From an uncultured Campylobacterales bacterium (GTDB taxonomy: Bacteria; Campylobacterota; Campylobacteria; Campylobacterales; QNZT01): a DNA stretch of 64,000 nt. Positions 18,031 to 27,739 of this stretch are shown piece after piece; position 1 is the stretch's first letter; each line of letters starts with the position of its first letter. Under the pieces are notes generated by a model. It searched no databases and was not told the origin of the DNA. It was given only the letters and a program-made list of their open reading frames with translations. The DNA lies in assembly GCA_964443745.1 (NCBI GenBank), contig CAYUEN010000005.1, positions 606 to 64,605 on the forward strand. Direction: 5' to 3'. The translations under genes were made by a program, and so were the position numbers.

Positions 18031-19290
18031 ATGTTTTTAGATCCCCAGGCACTCAATTTTCTCACCGGCTTCATGTTCGCGCTGCTGCTGGCGTTTTTGC
18101 TGTTTTGGCGCCTTTACACCCAAAAAGTCGAAGAGATCATAGGGCGTACGGAGAGATACCTGGAGAGATACCGGGAGCAGGGTAGGGCGCTGGAAACGCA
18201 GCTGCAAAAACTGCACGAACAGAATACGCGGCTATCGAGCGAAAAGGCGATTCTCGAAGAGAAGGCATCCTTCCTGGATCGACAATACCGCGCACTCCTC
18301 GAGGCGCAGGAGCGACAGAAAGAGAGCTTCGAAAACATAGCCCAAAACATTTTGGAGAGCAAAAGCGAAAAACTCCATCGTACGAACCAAACCTCGCTGA
18401 TGCAGCTTCTTTCGCCGTTTAAAAACGAAATCGAACACTTCAACGAAAAGGTGGAGAAGTATTACGCACAGGAGGCGAAAGAGCGTTTCTCCCTGGTGCG
18501 TGAGATAGAAAAACTGCGGGATCTGAACAAACAGATCGCCCAGGATGCCGTGAATTTGACCAACGCATTGAAATTCGATTCCAAAGTGCAGGGAAATTGG
18601 GGAGAGGTGGTGTTGGAGAGGATCCTCGAAAACAGTGGCCTCAAAAGAAACAGGGAGTACGAAATTCAAAAAGCCTTTTCCTCGAAGGAGGGAGAGCGGA
18701 TGATTCCCGATGTCATCGTCCATCTGCCAGAACAAAAAGATGTCATCATCGATGCGAAAGTCTCCCTGAAAGCCTACGAACAATACCATGCCACCTCGAA
18801 AGAGCGATATAAAAAAGAGCATCTGCAATCGATCATGCAACATATCAAAAGACTCGGCGAAAAGAGATACCATCAGCTCGAAGGGGTACGCTCGCTCGAT
18901 TACGTATTGCTCTTCATTCCCATCGAAGGGGCGTTCATGTTGGCTCTCGAAGAGGATCCAGCTCTTTACGAAAAAGCCTACACCCGCAATATCATCCTCG
19001 TCACGCCTTCGACGCTGCTTGCGGTGCTAAGAACGATACAAAACAGTTGGCGTTACGAATATCAGAACAAAAACGCCGAAATGATCGCAAAAAAAGCGGG
19101 AGCGCTGTATGATAAATTTGTCGCATTCACCGAAGAGATGCAGCAGATCCAAAAGGCGCTGGCAAAAGCGCAAGCGGCCTATGAGGGCGCATACCGTAAA
19201 CTCGGCAGCGGTAAAGGAAATCTGATCAATCGCGCGAACGAACTCAAACGGATGGAGGGGGTCGTCACCCAAAAAACGCTGAAAGAGTAG
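18031..19290 (+). CDS. rmuC: DNA recombination protein RmuC
   Basis: N-terminal TM and coiled coil. NWGEVVLERILENSGL..EY, DVIIDAKVSLKAY and LFIPIEGAF. Confidence 0.88.
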   Translation: MFLDPQALNFLTGFMFALLLAFLLFWRLYTQKVEEIIGRTERYLERYREQGRALETQLQKLHEQNTRLSSEKAILEEKASFLDRQYRALLEAQERQKESFENIAQNILESKSEKLHRTNQTSLMQLLSPFKNEIEHFNEKVEKYYAQEAKERFSLVREIEKLRDLNKQIAQDAVNLTNALKFDSKVQGNWGEVVLERILENSGLKRNREYEIQKAFSSKEGERMIPDVIVHLPEQKDVIIDAKVSLKAYEQYHATSKERYKKEHLQSIMQHIKRLGEKRYHQLEGVRSLDYVLLFIPIEGAFMLALEEDPALYEKAYTRNIILVTPSTLLAVLRTIQNSWRYEYQNKNAEMIAKKAGALYDKFVAFTEEMQQIQKALAKAQAAYEGAYRKLGSGKGNLINRANELKRMEGVVTQKTLKE

Positions 19291-19352
19291 CCAACTATTT
19301 TTCAAGAGAATATATATTATGTTAACCAAAAGAGAGATCGCGGGAAGGGGGG

Positions 19353-20696
19353 CTATTTTCCCAGGCAGAACGATCCGAACATTCGATCTAGAATCTCTTC
19401 TCTCTCAAACGGCGTGGTAATCATGGCCATCGCTTCGATCGCGTCGTTCAATTCGTAGGCGAAGAGTTCGAATTCGCCGTTTTCCAGCAGTTTGCGTGCA
19501 CGTTTTATCGCTTCGTTTGCTTTCGTGACCTGATGGATCTGGCGTTTGTTGATTAGGATCATATCGTCCGTTCGGCTTTGTCCGTCCAGATATTCCCGCA
19601 GTTTTCGGATCAAGACGGAGGTGTCTTCCCTGACGCTGATCGTCATGGGTTCGTACGCCGATAGCCGATCGGCCTCGAATCTGGGAGGCAGGTCCTTTTT
19701 GTTCAACAAAACGAAGATCCGTTTGCGCTCTTTGTACTTCTCCAAAAGATCCACGATTTTCCGATCGTCGCTGTCCATCGGAAGGCTTCGGTCGAAGAGT
19801 GCGATGACGATGTCGGCGTTTTCGACCGAAGCGATCGCCCTTTGAATTCCGATCTTTTCTATCGTCTCCTCGCTTTCGCGGATACCGGCCGTATCGATGA
19901 TCCTTACAAGGTGGGTGCCGATTTTGAGAGACTCTTCGATCGTATCGCGCGTCGTGCCGGCGATTTCGCTGGTGATCGCGCGGTTGTAGTGCAAAAGGGC
20001 ATTCAAGAGCGAACTCTTGCCGACGTTTGGTTTGCCCACGATCGCGATACGAAACCCCTCTATCAACCCTTCCCTGCTCCGACTCGCTTCGAGCGTTCTG
20101 TTCAGTTCGTTTTCGATTTTGCGAAGTTTCGCGTCGATTCTGGAGAGCAGATCTTTGGGCAGATCTTCCTCGGCGTAGTCGATCGTCACCTCTATATAAG
20201 CGAGAATTTCCACCAGTTCGGTACGGATCGTCTCCACGTACGTTTTGAGCGATCCCATAAGCTGTCTGCCCAGCAATCTGGCCGCATCTTCGCTCTTGGC
20301 GTTGATCAAAGAGGCGATCGCTTCGGCTTTGGTCATATCCATTTTACCGTTTAAAAGAGCCCGTTTGGTGAATTCCCCCGGCTTTGCGAGCCTGGCTCCC
20401 AGTTCCAGGATGCGTTCGAGTACCATGGATGCCACGATGGTTCCTCCATGGCATTGAAATTCCACGATATCCTCACCGGTGAAACTGTAGGGGGCTTTGA
20501 AATAGATGACGATCGCTTCGTCCAACGGTTGCTCGTTGGCATCATGGAGGACTTTGAGTGTCGCATTTCTTGGAGAAAAGGAGAGATGATGCGTCATTTT
20601 CTGGGCGATCGTGAGCGCTCCGGGCCCACTGACACGCACGATCGCGATCCCCCCTACTCCATGCGGTGTTGCGATGGCGGCGATGGTCTCAGCGAT
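19353..20696 (-). CDS. mnmE: tRNA modification GTPase MnmE; proposed non-canonical ATC start
   Basis: G-domain GKPNVGKSSLLNALL, TRD and a C-terminal FCLGK. The ORF track starts at GTG 20639, but the conserved N-terminus ETIAAIATPHGVGGIAIVRVSGP is encoded upstream in frame. The only plausible initiator is ATC 20696, 6 nt after AGGGGAG, and it overlaps the jag stop. Confidence 0.8.
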   Translation of the reverse strand: MAETIAAIATPHGVGGIAIVRVSGPGALTIAQKMTHHLSFSPRNATLKVLHDANEQPLDEAIVIYFKAPYSFTGEDIVEFQCHGGTIVASMVLERILELGARLAKPGEFTKRALLNGKMDMTKAEAIASLINAKSEDAARLLGRQLMGSLKTYVETIRTELVEILAYIEVTIDYAEEDLPKDLLSRIDAKLRKIENELNRTLEASRSREGLIEGFRIAIVGKPNVGKSSLLNALLHYNRAITSEIAGTTRDTIEESLKIGTHLVRIIDTAGIRESEETIEKIGIQRAIASVENADIVIALFDRSLPMDSDDRKIVDLLEKYKERKRIFVLLNKKDLPPRFEADRLSAYEPMTISVREDTSVLIRKLREYLDGQSRTDDMILINKRQIHQVTKANEAIKRARKLLENGEFELFAYELNDAIEAMAMITTPFEREEILDRMFGSFCLGK

Positions 20697-21378
20697 GCTG
20701 GTCTCCCCTGAACGGATTGACGACGACGATTTTGCGTCCGTTGCGAAGCGATTTGATCGCGACGTATTTATCCGGATATTTCTCCCGCAGATATTCGAGA
20801 GCGATTTTCACGAGAATGCCGTCAAGCGGTTTGGTTTGGGCTTTGCCGGTTTGTTCCACCCTCTCCTCCACCCCTTTGAGATAGTTTTTCATCGCCTCTT
20901 TCTGATTTTTGAGAAATTCCGCGATCTCCAAAGAGATCCCCAAGTTGTATTTGATCTTGATCCAGTTGTGAAGCATATAGGAGATCGCTTTGTAGCGGTA
21001 GCCCTCCTTGCCGATCAAAAGTGCGGCGTCGGGACCGTCGAGCCGAATATAGACGGTATCGTCTTCGAAACGGAGCTCTTTCAAAGCGATATCGAAACAA
21101 CTCTCCTCCATCAGTGCCCGTATTCCCTCCCCTATCTCCTCCAAAACCGCCTCTTTTTCCTGCGGATTTTCTATGATGGCGTGTTTTGCTCTTTTGAGAC
21201 GTTTCTCTTCGGATCCTTTTCGAACGGCCTTGATGATCGCATCTTTGGCGAACAGGCCGAAAATACCACGCGAAGGCGCCTGCAAAATTTCGATGTCCAG
21301 CTCGGTAACCGAGCAGGAAAGCTCCTTCGCCGCGGTGGCATACGCCTCTTCGAGTGTTTTGGCCGTGATTCTAACCAT
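20689..21378 (-). CDS. jag: Jag/KhpB-type RNA-binding protein (Jag_N, KH and R3H domains)
   Basis: MVRITAKTLEEAYATAAKELSCSVTELDIEILQAPSRGIFGLF (Jag_N). Its position between yidC and mnmE is the conserved synteny. Confidence 0.82.
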   Translation of the reverse strand: MVRITAKTLEEAYATAAKELSCSVTELDIEILQAPSRGIFGLFAKDAIIKAVRKGSEEKRLKRAKHAIIENPQEKEAVLEEIGEGIRALMEESCFDIALKELRFEDDTVYIRLDGPDAALLIGKEGYRYKAISYMLHNWIKIKYNLGISLEIAEFLKNQKEAMKNYLKGVEERVEQTGKAQTKPLDGILVKIALEYLREKYPDKYVAIKSLRNGRKIVVVNPFRGDQHR

Positions 21379-22999
21379 GGTTTGCCTCTTTGGCCGCTTT
21401 GTGTCTATCGAAGATTCGATTGACGTAGTATTGCTGCGCGACGGAGAAGAGATTGTTCGTAAACCAATAGAGCGTCAGACCCGCCGGGAAGGTGATGAAA
21501 AAGAAGGTGAAGATCAACGGCAGAAACTTCATGATTTTCTCCTGCATCGGATCGGTGAAGTTGGTCGGCGTCAACGTCTGTTGCCAAAACATCGTCGCAC
21601 CCATCAATACCGGTAGGATGAAATAGGGATCCATCACCGAAAGATCTTGAATCCATCCAAACCATGGCGCGTGTTTGAGCTCTATCGTATTGAGCAGCAC
21701 CCGATAGAAGGCGAAAAAGATCGGAATCTGCATCAACATCGGCAGACACCCTCCCATCGGATTGGCCCCGTGTTTTTTGTAAAGCTCCATCATTTTGGCG
21801 TTCATTTTCTGCGGATCTTTTTTGTATTTTGCCTGGATCTCCTTGATCTTGGGACTCAGCTCCTTGAGCTTGTTCATCGAAACCATCCCTTTGAACGTGA
21901 GCGGATAGAGCAAAAGCCGGATGATCAGCGTCAACGCGACGATCGCCCATCCCCAGTTACCGAGCATTTTATGCAGATATTTCAGAAAGATGAAAAGCGG
22001 TTTGGAGATGAAAGTGAAAAAGCCGTATTCGATCACGTCGGTCATCCTTTTGTCGATCGCGGCGAGTTTGTCGTACTCTTTGGGACCGATATACCCGTTG
22101 AGCGTATAGTGCGGTGTGCCTTTGACGAAAAGAAGCGGATCGTTTTTTTCGTCTTTCGATACGTATACATCCATACCGTTTTTGAAATCGTAGAAATTCG
22201 TCGTGTAGTATTTGTCGTTGGCCGCCGCGATCTGTATCGCGGGAAAGTGCTCTTCCTGCTCCATATCCCCATCTTCGATCGTCTTGATTCGACCGTCGGC
22301 TTCTCTTAGCAGAATACCCTTGAAGGTGTAGGCGTCGGATTCGATATCGGGCCTGAATCCCGGCGAGAGGTAGTATTCGACTTCTTTGTCCATATCAATC
22401 GCGATTTTGTAGGTACCGTTGGGGAAAAAGGTGATCTTCTTGACCACTTGTATCCCCGAAAGGCGTTGGGTCAACGTCAGTGTGGCACCCCCGTTTTGGA
22501 CGGAAAGCTTCGTATGGTCGGCACTGAAGGGAGTTTTGAACGCCTCTTCGTTCAATTTAGGATCGGCGTAACGAATCTCGAGCGGCTTGAGAGGGTTTTG
22601 ATCGGATATGACGTTCGGGTAGGTGCCGTCTTCTTGTTTGAAACGGGGAATGCGTACCTCAAAACGTGCGATTCTACCCAGTGTATCGATTTGCGCCTGA
22701 TATTCGTCGGCATCTATGGTCGCGAGGATTTTAAAAGCGGTTTTCTTTACCGGTGCGGCGGCCGAAGTGTCGGACGATCGGGTAGACGAGGAGAGTGTTG
22801 ATGGGGCAGGAGCCGCCGTCTGTTCGGCCGCTGGAGCGGGTGCGGCTTGCTTACCGCTTTGGGTAGTGACGTGCGAGTTGTTGTTTTCGCGCATCTGCAT
22901 CGTTTTTGGAACCATGAAATAGTCGTATATGATGAAGAAGATAAGGCTCAGTGCAATGGCCAGAATGGTGCGTTGTTGGATCGATAGTTTGTCAAGCAA
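21371..22999 (-). CDS. yidC: membrane protein insertase YidC
   Basis: 542 aa. Periplasmic P1 domain plus the conserved core WGWAIVALTLIIRLLLYPL...GCLPMLMQIPIFFAFY. Confidence 0.95.
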   Translation of the reverse strand: MLDKLSIQQRTILAIALSLIFFIIYDYFMVPKTMQMRENNNSHVTTQSGKQAAPAPAAEQTAAPAPSTLSSSTRSSDTSAAAPVKKTAFKILATIDADEYQAQIDTLGRIARFEVRIPRFKQEDGTYPNVISDQNPLKPLEIRYADPKLNEEAFKTPFSADHTKLSVQNGGATLTLTQRLSGIQVVKKITFFPNGTYKIAIDMDKEVEYYLSPGFRPDIESDAYTFKGILLREADGRIKTIEDGDMEQEEHFPAIQIAAANDKYYTTNFYDFKNGMDVYVSKDEKNDPLLFVKGTPHYTLNGYIGPKEYDKLAAIDKRMTDVIEYGFFTFISKPLFIFLKYLHKMLGNWGWAIVALTLIIRLLLYPLTFKGMVSMNKLKELSPKIKEIQAKYKKDPQKMNAKMMELYKKHGANPMGGCLPMLMQIPIFFAFYRVLLNTIELKHAPWFGWIQDLSVMDPYFILPVLMGATMFWQQTLTPTNFTDPMQEKIMKFLPLIFTFFFITFPAGLTLYWFTNNLFSVAQQYYVNRIFDRHKAAKEANHG

Positions 23000-23339
23000 T
23001 GTTTTCCCTTTTAAATACTTTTATCAGATAGTATCTGTCTTCTCCTAATGGATAAAGCCAGAATTTTACAATAAAACCGTTTTGATTTGTGTAAGAGTTG
23101 CAAAGTTCTTTTCTTTTTAAGTTCATTTTTACAACAGGATAGTCGAAACCACCCGAGAAGAGGTGGTTGCACCGTAAAATTCGTAATGTCGAATACCAAA
23201 AAGCGGCCATAAGTCCGTTTTTTTCGAATTGCCACTTCGTATATTCCGAACATGTGGGATAGTAACGGCAGCTTCCATAGCCGATCAGCGTGAAAAATTT
23301 CTGGTAATAGTTGAGAAAAAGCAGTATGGCATGTCTCAT
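22992..23339 (-). CDS. yidD: membrane protein insertion efficiency factor YidD (with a C-terminal extension)
   Basis: YQKFFTLIGYGSCRYYPTCSEYTKWQFEKNG. The ATGA overlaps the rnpA stop. Confidence 0.85.
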   Translation of the reverse strand: MRHAILLFLNYYQKFFTLIGYGSCRYYPTCSEYTKWQFEKNGLMAAFWYSTLRILRCNHLFSGGFDYPVVKMNLKRKELCNSYTNQNGFIVKFWLYPLGEDRYYLIKVFKRENIA

Positions 23340-23674
23340 GAACGATAGACTTTCAACCTCTTGAATGCGATGACAAACTCTCTTTTGAGTTTTTGATAAT
23401 CACTTTCGAGTATCTCTTTCTTCGCGACAAAAAGATAGGTCCCCGGTTTGAGGTGATCTTGGAATTCGATAAAAAGCGCTTTGAGTCTACGTTTCGCAAA
23501 GTTTCTTTTAACGGCGTTCCCGACCTTTTTACTGGCGGTGAATCCGACACGCTTTTGGGGTGTCGGTTTGTAGAAGATAATGGCGGAAGAGGTGTAGACC
23601 TTTTTACTCTGGTGGTAAAAGTAGCTGAACTCCTCCGCTTTCTTGAGGATATCGTACGCTTTTAGACGGCTAAT
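23336..23674 (-). CDS. rnpA: ribonuclease P protein component; proposed non-canonical ATT start. Not in the ORF track.
   Basis: Hand translation gives (I)[111 protein letters not shown]. The frame is open from a TAG inside rpmH, with no usable ATG, GTG or TTG (the only one is a TTG 5 codons before the stop). ATT 23674 lies 9 nt after AAGGG. Confidence 0.8.
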   Translation of the reverse strand: MSRLKAYDILKKAEEFSYFYHQSKKVYTSSAIIFYKPTPQKRVGFTASKKVGNAVKRNFAKRRLKALFIEFQDHLKPGTYLFVAKKEILESDYQKLKREFVIAFKRLKVYRS

Positions 23675-23796
23675 CTTTTTCTGCCCTTGGCGCGTCTGGC
23701 TTTGATGACACGTCTACCATTTTTGGTTTTCATACGTGCCCGGAATCCGTGAGTTCTTTTCCTCGGTGTATTGTGCGGTTGATACGTTCTTTTCAT
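23662..23796 (-). CDS. rpmH: 50S ribosomal protein L34. Too short for the ORF track.
   Basis: Hand translation gives [44 protein letters not shown]. Confidence 0.95.
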   Translation of the reverse strand: MKRTYQPHNTPRKRTHGFRARMKTKNGRRVIKARRAKGRKRLAV

Positions 23797-23829
23797 CCTG
23801 CATCCCTTCTTTGATTTTGTAAGTCGCGG

Positions 23830-23835
23830 ATTATA
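23830..23835 (-). promoter_or_regulatory. candidate extended -10 (TGcTATAAT) for the rpmH operon
   Basis: The minus strand reads TTTTTGCTATAATCC about 30 nt upstream of the rpmH ATG, followed by SD AAGGGA. Confidence 0.45.
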
Positions 23836-23854
23836 GCAAAAATTTGCTTAACCT

Positions 23855-24094
23855 CTATTTTTTTCCGTATTTCTCTTTCGCTTCCGTAAGCGCTTCTATC
23901 AAATCGTCCAGATTCGCATAGGGAATATGCGCTTTCCAATCGGGTTCGTCGACATTGCCTTTGAGGGAGATACCGATACTCACTACCGGTGTGGAATCCT
24001 CTCCATAAGGTTCGTCGAGGTGGGAAACGGAAATCGTACCCTCTTTCGTTCCTGCGAGTTTGAATGATTTGATGATGGTACTTTTGCCACCCAT
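23855..24094 (-). CDS. hypothetical 79-aa protein
   Basis: ATG preceded by AAGGAG at 7 nt. The sequence looks protein-like (MGGKSTIIKSFKLAGTKEGTISVSHLDEPYGEDSTP...). I recognise no family. Confidence 0.6.
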   Translation of the reverse strand: MGGKSTIIKSFKLAGTKEGTISVSHLDEPYGEDSTPVVSIGISLKGNVDEPDWKAHIPYANLDDLIEALTEAKEKYGKK

Positions 24095-24106
24095 TGTGCG
24101 CTCCTT

Positions 24107-25051
24107 CTATTTGATAAGTTGTTGAATTCTAGCTTGCAGTTTAAGCCAGAGTCTATGTTCCATCAGTGGAAAACCGCTGTAGGTCTTCCCTCCTTCGATC
24201 GATTTGGTCACGCCTCCTCTAGCGGCGATTGTCGCGAAATCACCGATTTTCAGGTGTCCGACTGTCGCACTCTGCCCTCCCATGACGATATTGCGTCCAA
24301 GCACCGTCGAACCTGAGATTCCGGTCTGTGCGGCGATGAGAGTGTGTTCACCGATCAGAGAGTTGTGGCCGATCTGAACGAGATTGTCGATTTTGCTTCC
24401 CTCTTTGATACGGGTTTCACCGAATACCGCACGATCTATCGTCGTGTTGGCACCGATTTCGACACGATCTTCGAGAACGACCCTCCCATTGTGGTAGATT
24501 TTGACATGCTCACCTTCGGCCGTATGGGCATATCCGAAACCGTCGCTGCCAATCACGCAGCCGGCGTGCAGAATGCACGCTTTGCCTACGATCGTGTCAT
24601 TGTAGAGTGTGACGTTGGGATGGATGATGCTTCCTCTTCCTATGTGTACGTTTTCACCGACGACGACACCACTAAGGAGCGTTACCCCCTCCTCTATCAC
24701 GCTGCCATTGCCGATATGGACGTGTTCAGCGATCGTCACTCCTTTCTCGATTTGTGGGGGTTTGGTCTCTTTGAGCAGGGGTTTTTGAAAAAGCGCACTC
24801 GCACGGGCCATACTCAAATAGGGATTTTCACTTACCAGGGGAATGACGCCGGGGGGAAGTGCATCCTTGAACGCACTTTTGAGCAAGACCGCCGCCGCAC
24901 GAGTTGTGGCGAGATCTTTCAGGTATTTCGGATTTTCGAAAAAACTGATCTCCTCGGAACGGGCGTCTTTGAGCGTGTTGATTCCCGTAATTTCGATATC
25001 TTTTCCATCGTAGGGGAGTGCCAGCGCATCGCAGAGGGCTTTGAGCCTCAT
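24107..25051 (-). CDS. lpxD: UDP-3-O-acylglucosamine N-acyltransferase
   Basis: 314 aa. N-terminal LpxD domain plus a left-handed beta-helix of hexapeptide repeats ([33 protein letters not shown]...). Confidence 0.93.
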   Translation of the reverse strand: MRLKALCDALALPYDGKDIEITGINTLKDARSEEISFFENPKYLKDLATTRAAAVLLKSAFKDALPPGVIPLVSENPYLSMARASALFQKPLLKETKPPQIEKGVTIAEHVHIGNGSVIEEGVTLLSGVVVGENVHIGRGSIIHPNVTLYNDTIVGKACILHAGCVIGSDGFGYAHTAEGEHVKIYHNGRVVLEDRVEIGANTTIDRAVFGETRIKEGSKIDNLVQIGHNSLIGEHTLIAAQTGISGSTVLGRNIVMGGQSATVGHLKIGDFATIAARGGVTKSIEGGKTYSGFPLMEHRLWLKLQARIQQLIK

Positions 25052-25521
25052 GTGCGCTCCATGGAGACCGAACCGCCACGTACGATTTCGGTAGGATGAA
25101 ATTTTTTGATGATCTTGAGAAAATTTCCGATCCTGTCGGCATCGTCCACCGCCATCAGAATCAGACTGTTTTCGGTGGCGTTGGCGATGCTTCCGTTGTA
25201 TCCTTTCAAAATCGCATCGAGTCCCGCCAGATTGCTCTCCAGGGGAATCTTCACCAGGGCCATCTCCTTTTCGACCACTTCCTGAGACTCGATGACCTTG
25301 TAGGTGGGTATCAGTTTGTGTAACTGTTTCGTGATCTGCTCGATCACCTTCTCGTTGCCTTCCGTCACGATCGTGAAGCGGGAAAATTCACTTTCGGGGA
25401 TCGGTGCGACGGTGAGTGATTCGATATTGTAACCCCTGCCGGCGAAAAGTCCCGCGATACGGGAGAGGACTCCATGTTCGTTGTGTACGATGACGGAGAT
25501 GACCTTTCTGACTTCACTCAT
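25048..25521 (-). CDS. ilvH: acetolactate synthase small (regulatory) subunit
   Basis: 157 aa. ACT domain [31 protein letters not shown]. Overlaps the large-subunit stop. Confidence 0.92.
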   Translation of the reverse strand: MSEVRKVISVIVHNEHGVLSRIAGLFAGRGYNIESLTVAPIPESEFSRFTIVTEGNEKVIEQITKQLHKLIPTYKVIESQEVVEKEMALVKIPLESNLAGLDAILKGYNGSIANATENSLILMAVDDADRIGNFLKIIKKFHPTEIVRGGSVSMERT

Positions 25522-27215
25522 ACTTCTTCCTTGTATTCTAGCATCATATTGTAAAGCGTCCCTCCGGCGGGCACCATCGGCAGGACGTTTTCCATCCTGT
25601 CGATGACGACATCGAGAATGGCGGGTCTGTTCTGGGCAATCGCATCCTCGAGTGCCTTGTCAAACTCCTCTTTCGTCCTGATACGATAACCAACGGCTCC
25701 GAAACTCTCACAGAGTTTGACGAAATCGGGTTGCATACTCAAATCCGTCTCCGCATACCGTTTGTCATAGAAGAAAGTCTGCCATTGACGGACCATACCG
25801 AGAAAATTGTTGTTGAGAACGATATTGATGACCGCAATTTTCGATTCTACGGCGGTCATCAACTCCTGGATGTTCATCATGATCGATCCATCGCCCGAAA
25901 AGTTGATACTGATCTTTTCCGGCATCGCCTTTTTGACGCCCAACGCGGCGGGAAATCCAAATCCCATCGTCCCAAGCCCCCCGCTGGTGACCAGCTGTCT
26001 GGGAAACGAGAAGGGATAAAATTGTGCCGTCCACATTTGATGTTGTCCCACATCCGTGGATATGATCGCTTTCTCACCCACCAGTTCACCGACACGCTGA
26101 ATTACCCATTGTGGTTTGAGGGCCGTGGAATCTTCGTGATAGGTCAGCGGATGGATTTCGTCGTATCGTTGCAACAATTCGCGCCACGAGTCGTAGCGAT
26201 CGGGATCTATTTCACCTCTGGCAAGTTCTATCATACTCTCCAGTACATTTTTCAAATCTCCGACGATCGGATAGTGGACATTGACGAGTTTGCCGATGCT
26301 ACTAGGATCGATATCGACGTGAATCACTTTCGCGTGTTTGGCGAATTCATCCAGACGGCCAGTAACCCGATCGTCGAATCTAGGCCCGAGTGCGATCATA
26401 AGGTCAGCTTCGCTCATCGCCATATTGGAGGCGTAGTTGCCGTGCATTCCGACCATTCCAAGCAACAGAGGATCGTCGTGAGAGATCACACCTCTGGCCA
26501 TCAGGGTTTCTACTGCGGGAATCTGGGTGATCCGCATAAATTCACGCATCAATTCGGAAGCGTTGGCGTGTTTCAATCCTCCTCCCAGATAGAAGATCGG
26601 ACGCTTGGCGTTTTTGATCGCATCGACCGCTTTTTTGATCTGTCTGGGATTGCCTTTGTATGTCGGCTTGTAGGTTTGAAGCGAAATTCTCTCCGGATAG
26701 ACGAACGTACCGATTTGCGCCGTGACATCTTTGGGAATGTCGATATGCACCGGCCCCGGTCTGCCGCTTCTGGCGATGTAGAAAGCCTCTTTGAGAATCC
26801 GCGGCAACTCTTTGACATCTCGCACGAGGTAGTTGTGTTTGGTACAAGGACGGCTGATGCCTACCGCATCGATCTCCTGAAATGCGTCGGTACCGATCAT
26901 CGAAATCGGAACCTGGCCACTGATGACAACCATCGGAGTGGAATCCATATACGCTGTGGCCAATCCCGTGACGGCATTGGTAAAACCGGGACCGCTGGTC
27001 ACAAACGCCACTCCCACCTCTCCACTCGCTCTGGCATAGCCGTCGGCGGCATGGACGGCCGCCTGTTCGTGTCGTGTGAGAATGTGTTTGAAGTAGTTTT
27101 GTTTGTATATCTCGTCGTAGACGTTCATAATCGCACCGCCGGGATATCCGAAAGCGACTTTGACTCCCTCTTTGTGCAGTGCCTCGATCACCATCTGGGA
27201 TCCGCTCAGTTTCAT
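25518..27215 (-). CDS. ilvI: acetolactate synthase large (catalytic) subunit
   Basis: 565 aa. ThDP motif GLGTMGFGFPAALG...GDGSIMMNIQEL and N-terminal GYPGGAIMNVYDE. Confidence 0.95.
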   Translation of the reverse strand: MKLSGSQMVIEALHKEGVKVAFGYPGGAIMNVYDEIYKQNYFKHILTRHEQAAVHAADGYARASGEVGVAFVTSGPGFTNAVTGLATAYMDSTPMVVISGQVPISMIGTDAFQEIDAVGISRPCTKHNYLVRDVKELPRILKEAFYIARSGRPGPVHIDIPKDVTAQIGTFVYPERISLQTYKPTYKGNPRQIKKAVDAIKNAKRPIFYLGGGLKHANASELMREFMRITQIPAVETLMARGVISHDDPLLLGMVGMHGNYASNMAMSEADLMIALGPRFDDRVTGRLDEFAKHAKVIHVDIDPSSIGKLVNVHYPIVGDLKNVLESMIELARGEIDPDRYDSWRELLQRYDEIHPLTYHEDSTALKPQWVIQRVGELVGEKAIISTDVGQHQMWTAQFYPFSFPRQLVTSGGLGTMGFGFPAALGVKKAMPEKISINFSGDGSIMMNIQELMTAVESKIAVINIVLNNNFLGMVRQWQTFFYDKRYAETDLSMQPDFVKLCESFGAVGYRIRTKEEFDKALEDAIAQNRPAILDVVIDRMENVLPMVPAGGTLYNMMLEYKEEV

Positions 27216-27248
27216 AACCTGTCCTCGTCTCTTTTCTTTGAACTGGCC

Positions 27249-27254
27249 ATTATA
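27249..27254 (-). promoter_or_regulatory. candidate -10 (TATAAT) upstream of ilvI
   Basis: The minus strand reads CGTTATAATGG about 34 nt before the ilvI ATG, with SD GAGGA 7 nt before the ATG. Confidence 0.35.
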
Positions 27255-27283
27255 ACGAAACTAAGATAAAAACAGCGGGCCTT

Positions 27284-27739
27284 TCACTCCTGTGGATAGA
27301 GTATCTGCGGCTTCTGTGGAGCTATCGGAGAAATCGAACTTTTCCTGGGTGTTGGAGTACAACATCCTCTCTTCTCCAACAGATCCACGAATGCTTCGAT
27401 ATCACTCTGCGTCTCTCTGACAATCTCTTCGAAATAGAGCGCGTCGGCATCCACACCATATTTTTTTTGGAGGTATCGTATCAGAACCTCTTTGAAGCGC
27501 TCCTTCCCTTTGGAAGTAAACAGCGTTTCGACGTAAAAACTGCTGATCACGACGTTGAGAGCATCGAGTATCTTGTAGCGTTCTTCGTTCAGGTCTCTCC
27601 CCTCCAGCACGAGAGTGAGGCGGATCTTTTGCAGGGTTTTACTCTTCTGTGAAAAGAGATCGCTTTCGAATCTGTCGATCTTCAACGTCTGCGCGGACAA
27701 GAACGTGCCCAGTAGGAGAAAGAGACCGAACAGGCGCAT
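27284..27739 (-). CDS. secreted FliL-like protein (weak family resemblance)
   Basis: Signal peptide MRLFGLFLLLGTFLSA. KIRLTLVLEGRDLNEERYKILDALNVVISSFYVETLFTSKGKERFKEVLIRYLQKKYG resembles the FliL core. The start overlaps the htpG stop (TGATG). Confidence 0.55.
   Translation of the reverse strand: MRLFGLFLLLGTFLSAQTLKIDRFESDLFSQKSKTLQKIRLTLVLEGRDLNEERYKILDALNVVISSFYVETLFTSKGKERFKEVLIRYLQKKYGVDADALYFEEIVRETQSDIEAFVDLLEKRGCCTPTPRKSSISPIAPQKPQILYPQE

Noticed and set aside
19291-19352. The convergent rmuC/mnmE junction (switch from mostly plus-strand to mostly minus-strand genes) as a replication terminus or dif site
   Set aside because: I found no recognisable dif-like inverted repeat in the 62-nt gap. 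One orientation switch in 64 kb is not evidence, and GC skew cannot be evaluated reliably by eye.
23353-23550. 65-aa minus-strand ORF, the only track ORF on this strand in the rnpA interval
   Set aside because: It is out of frame relative to the clear RnpA reading frame (…[23 protein letters not shown]…). It appears in the track only because it has a GTG start while the real frame lacks a usable canonical start.
25731-27269. 512-aa plus-strand ORF, the longest unannotated ORF in the track
   Set aside because: It is the exact codon-aligned antisense of ilvI, whose ThDP motifs are unambiguous. The translation is R/H/D/F-rich with no motif. It is explained by depletion of TTA/CTA/TCA in the sense gene.
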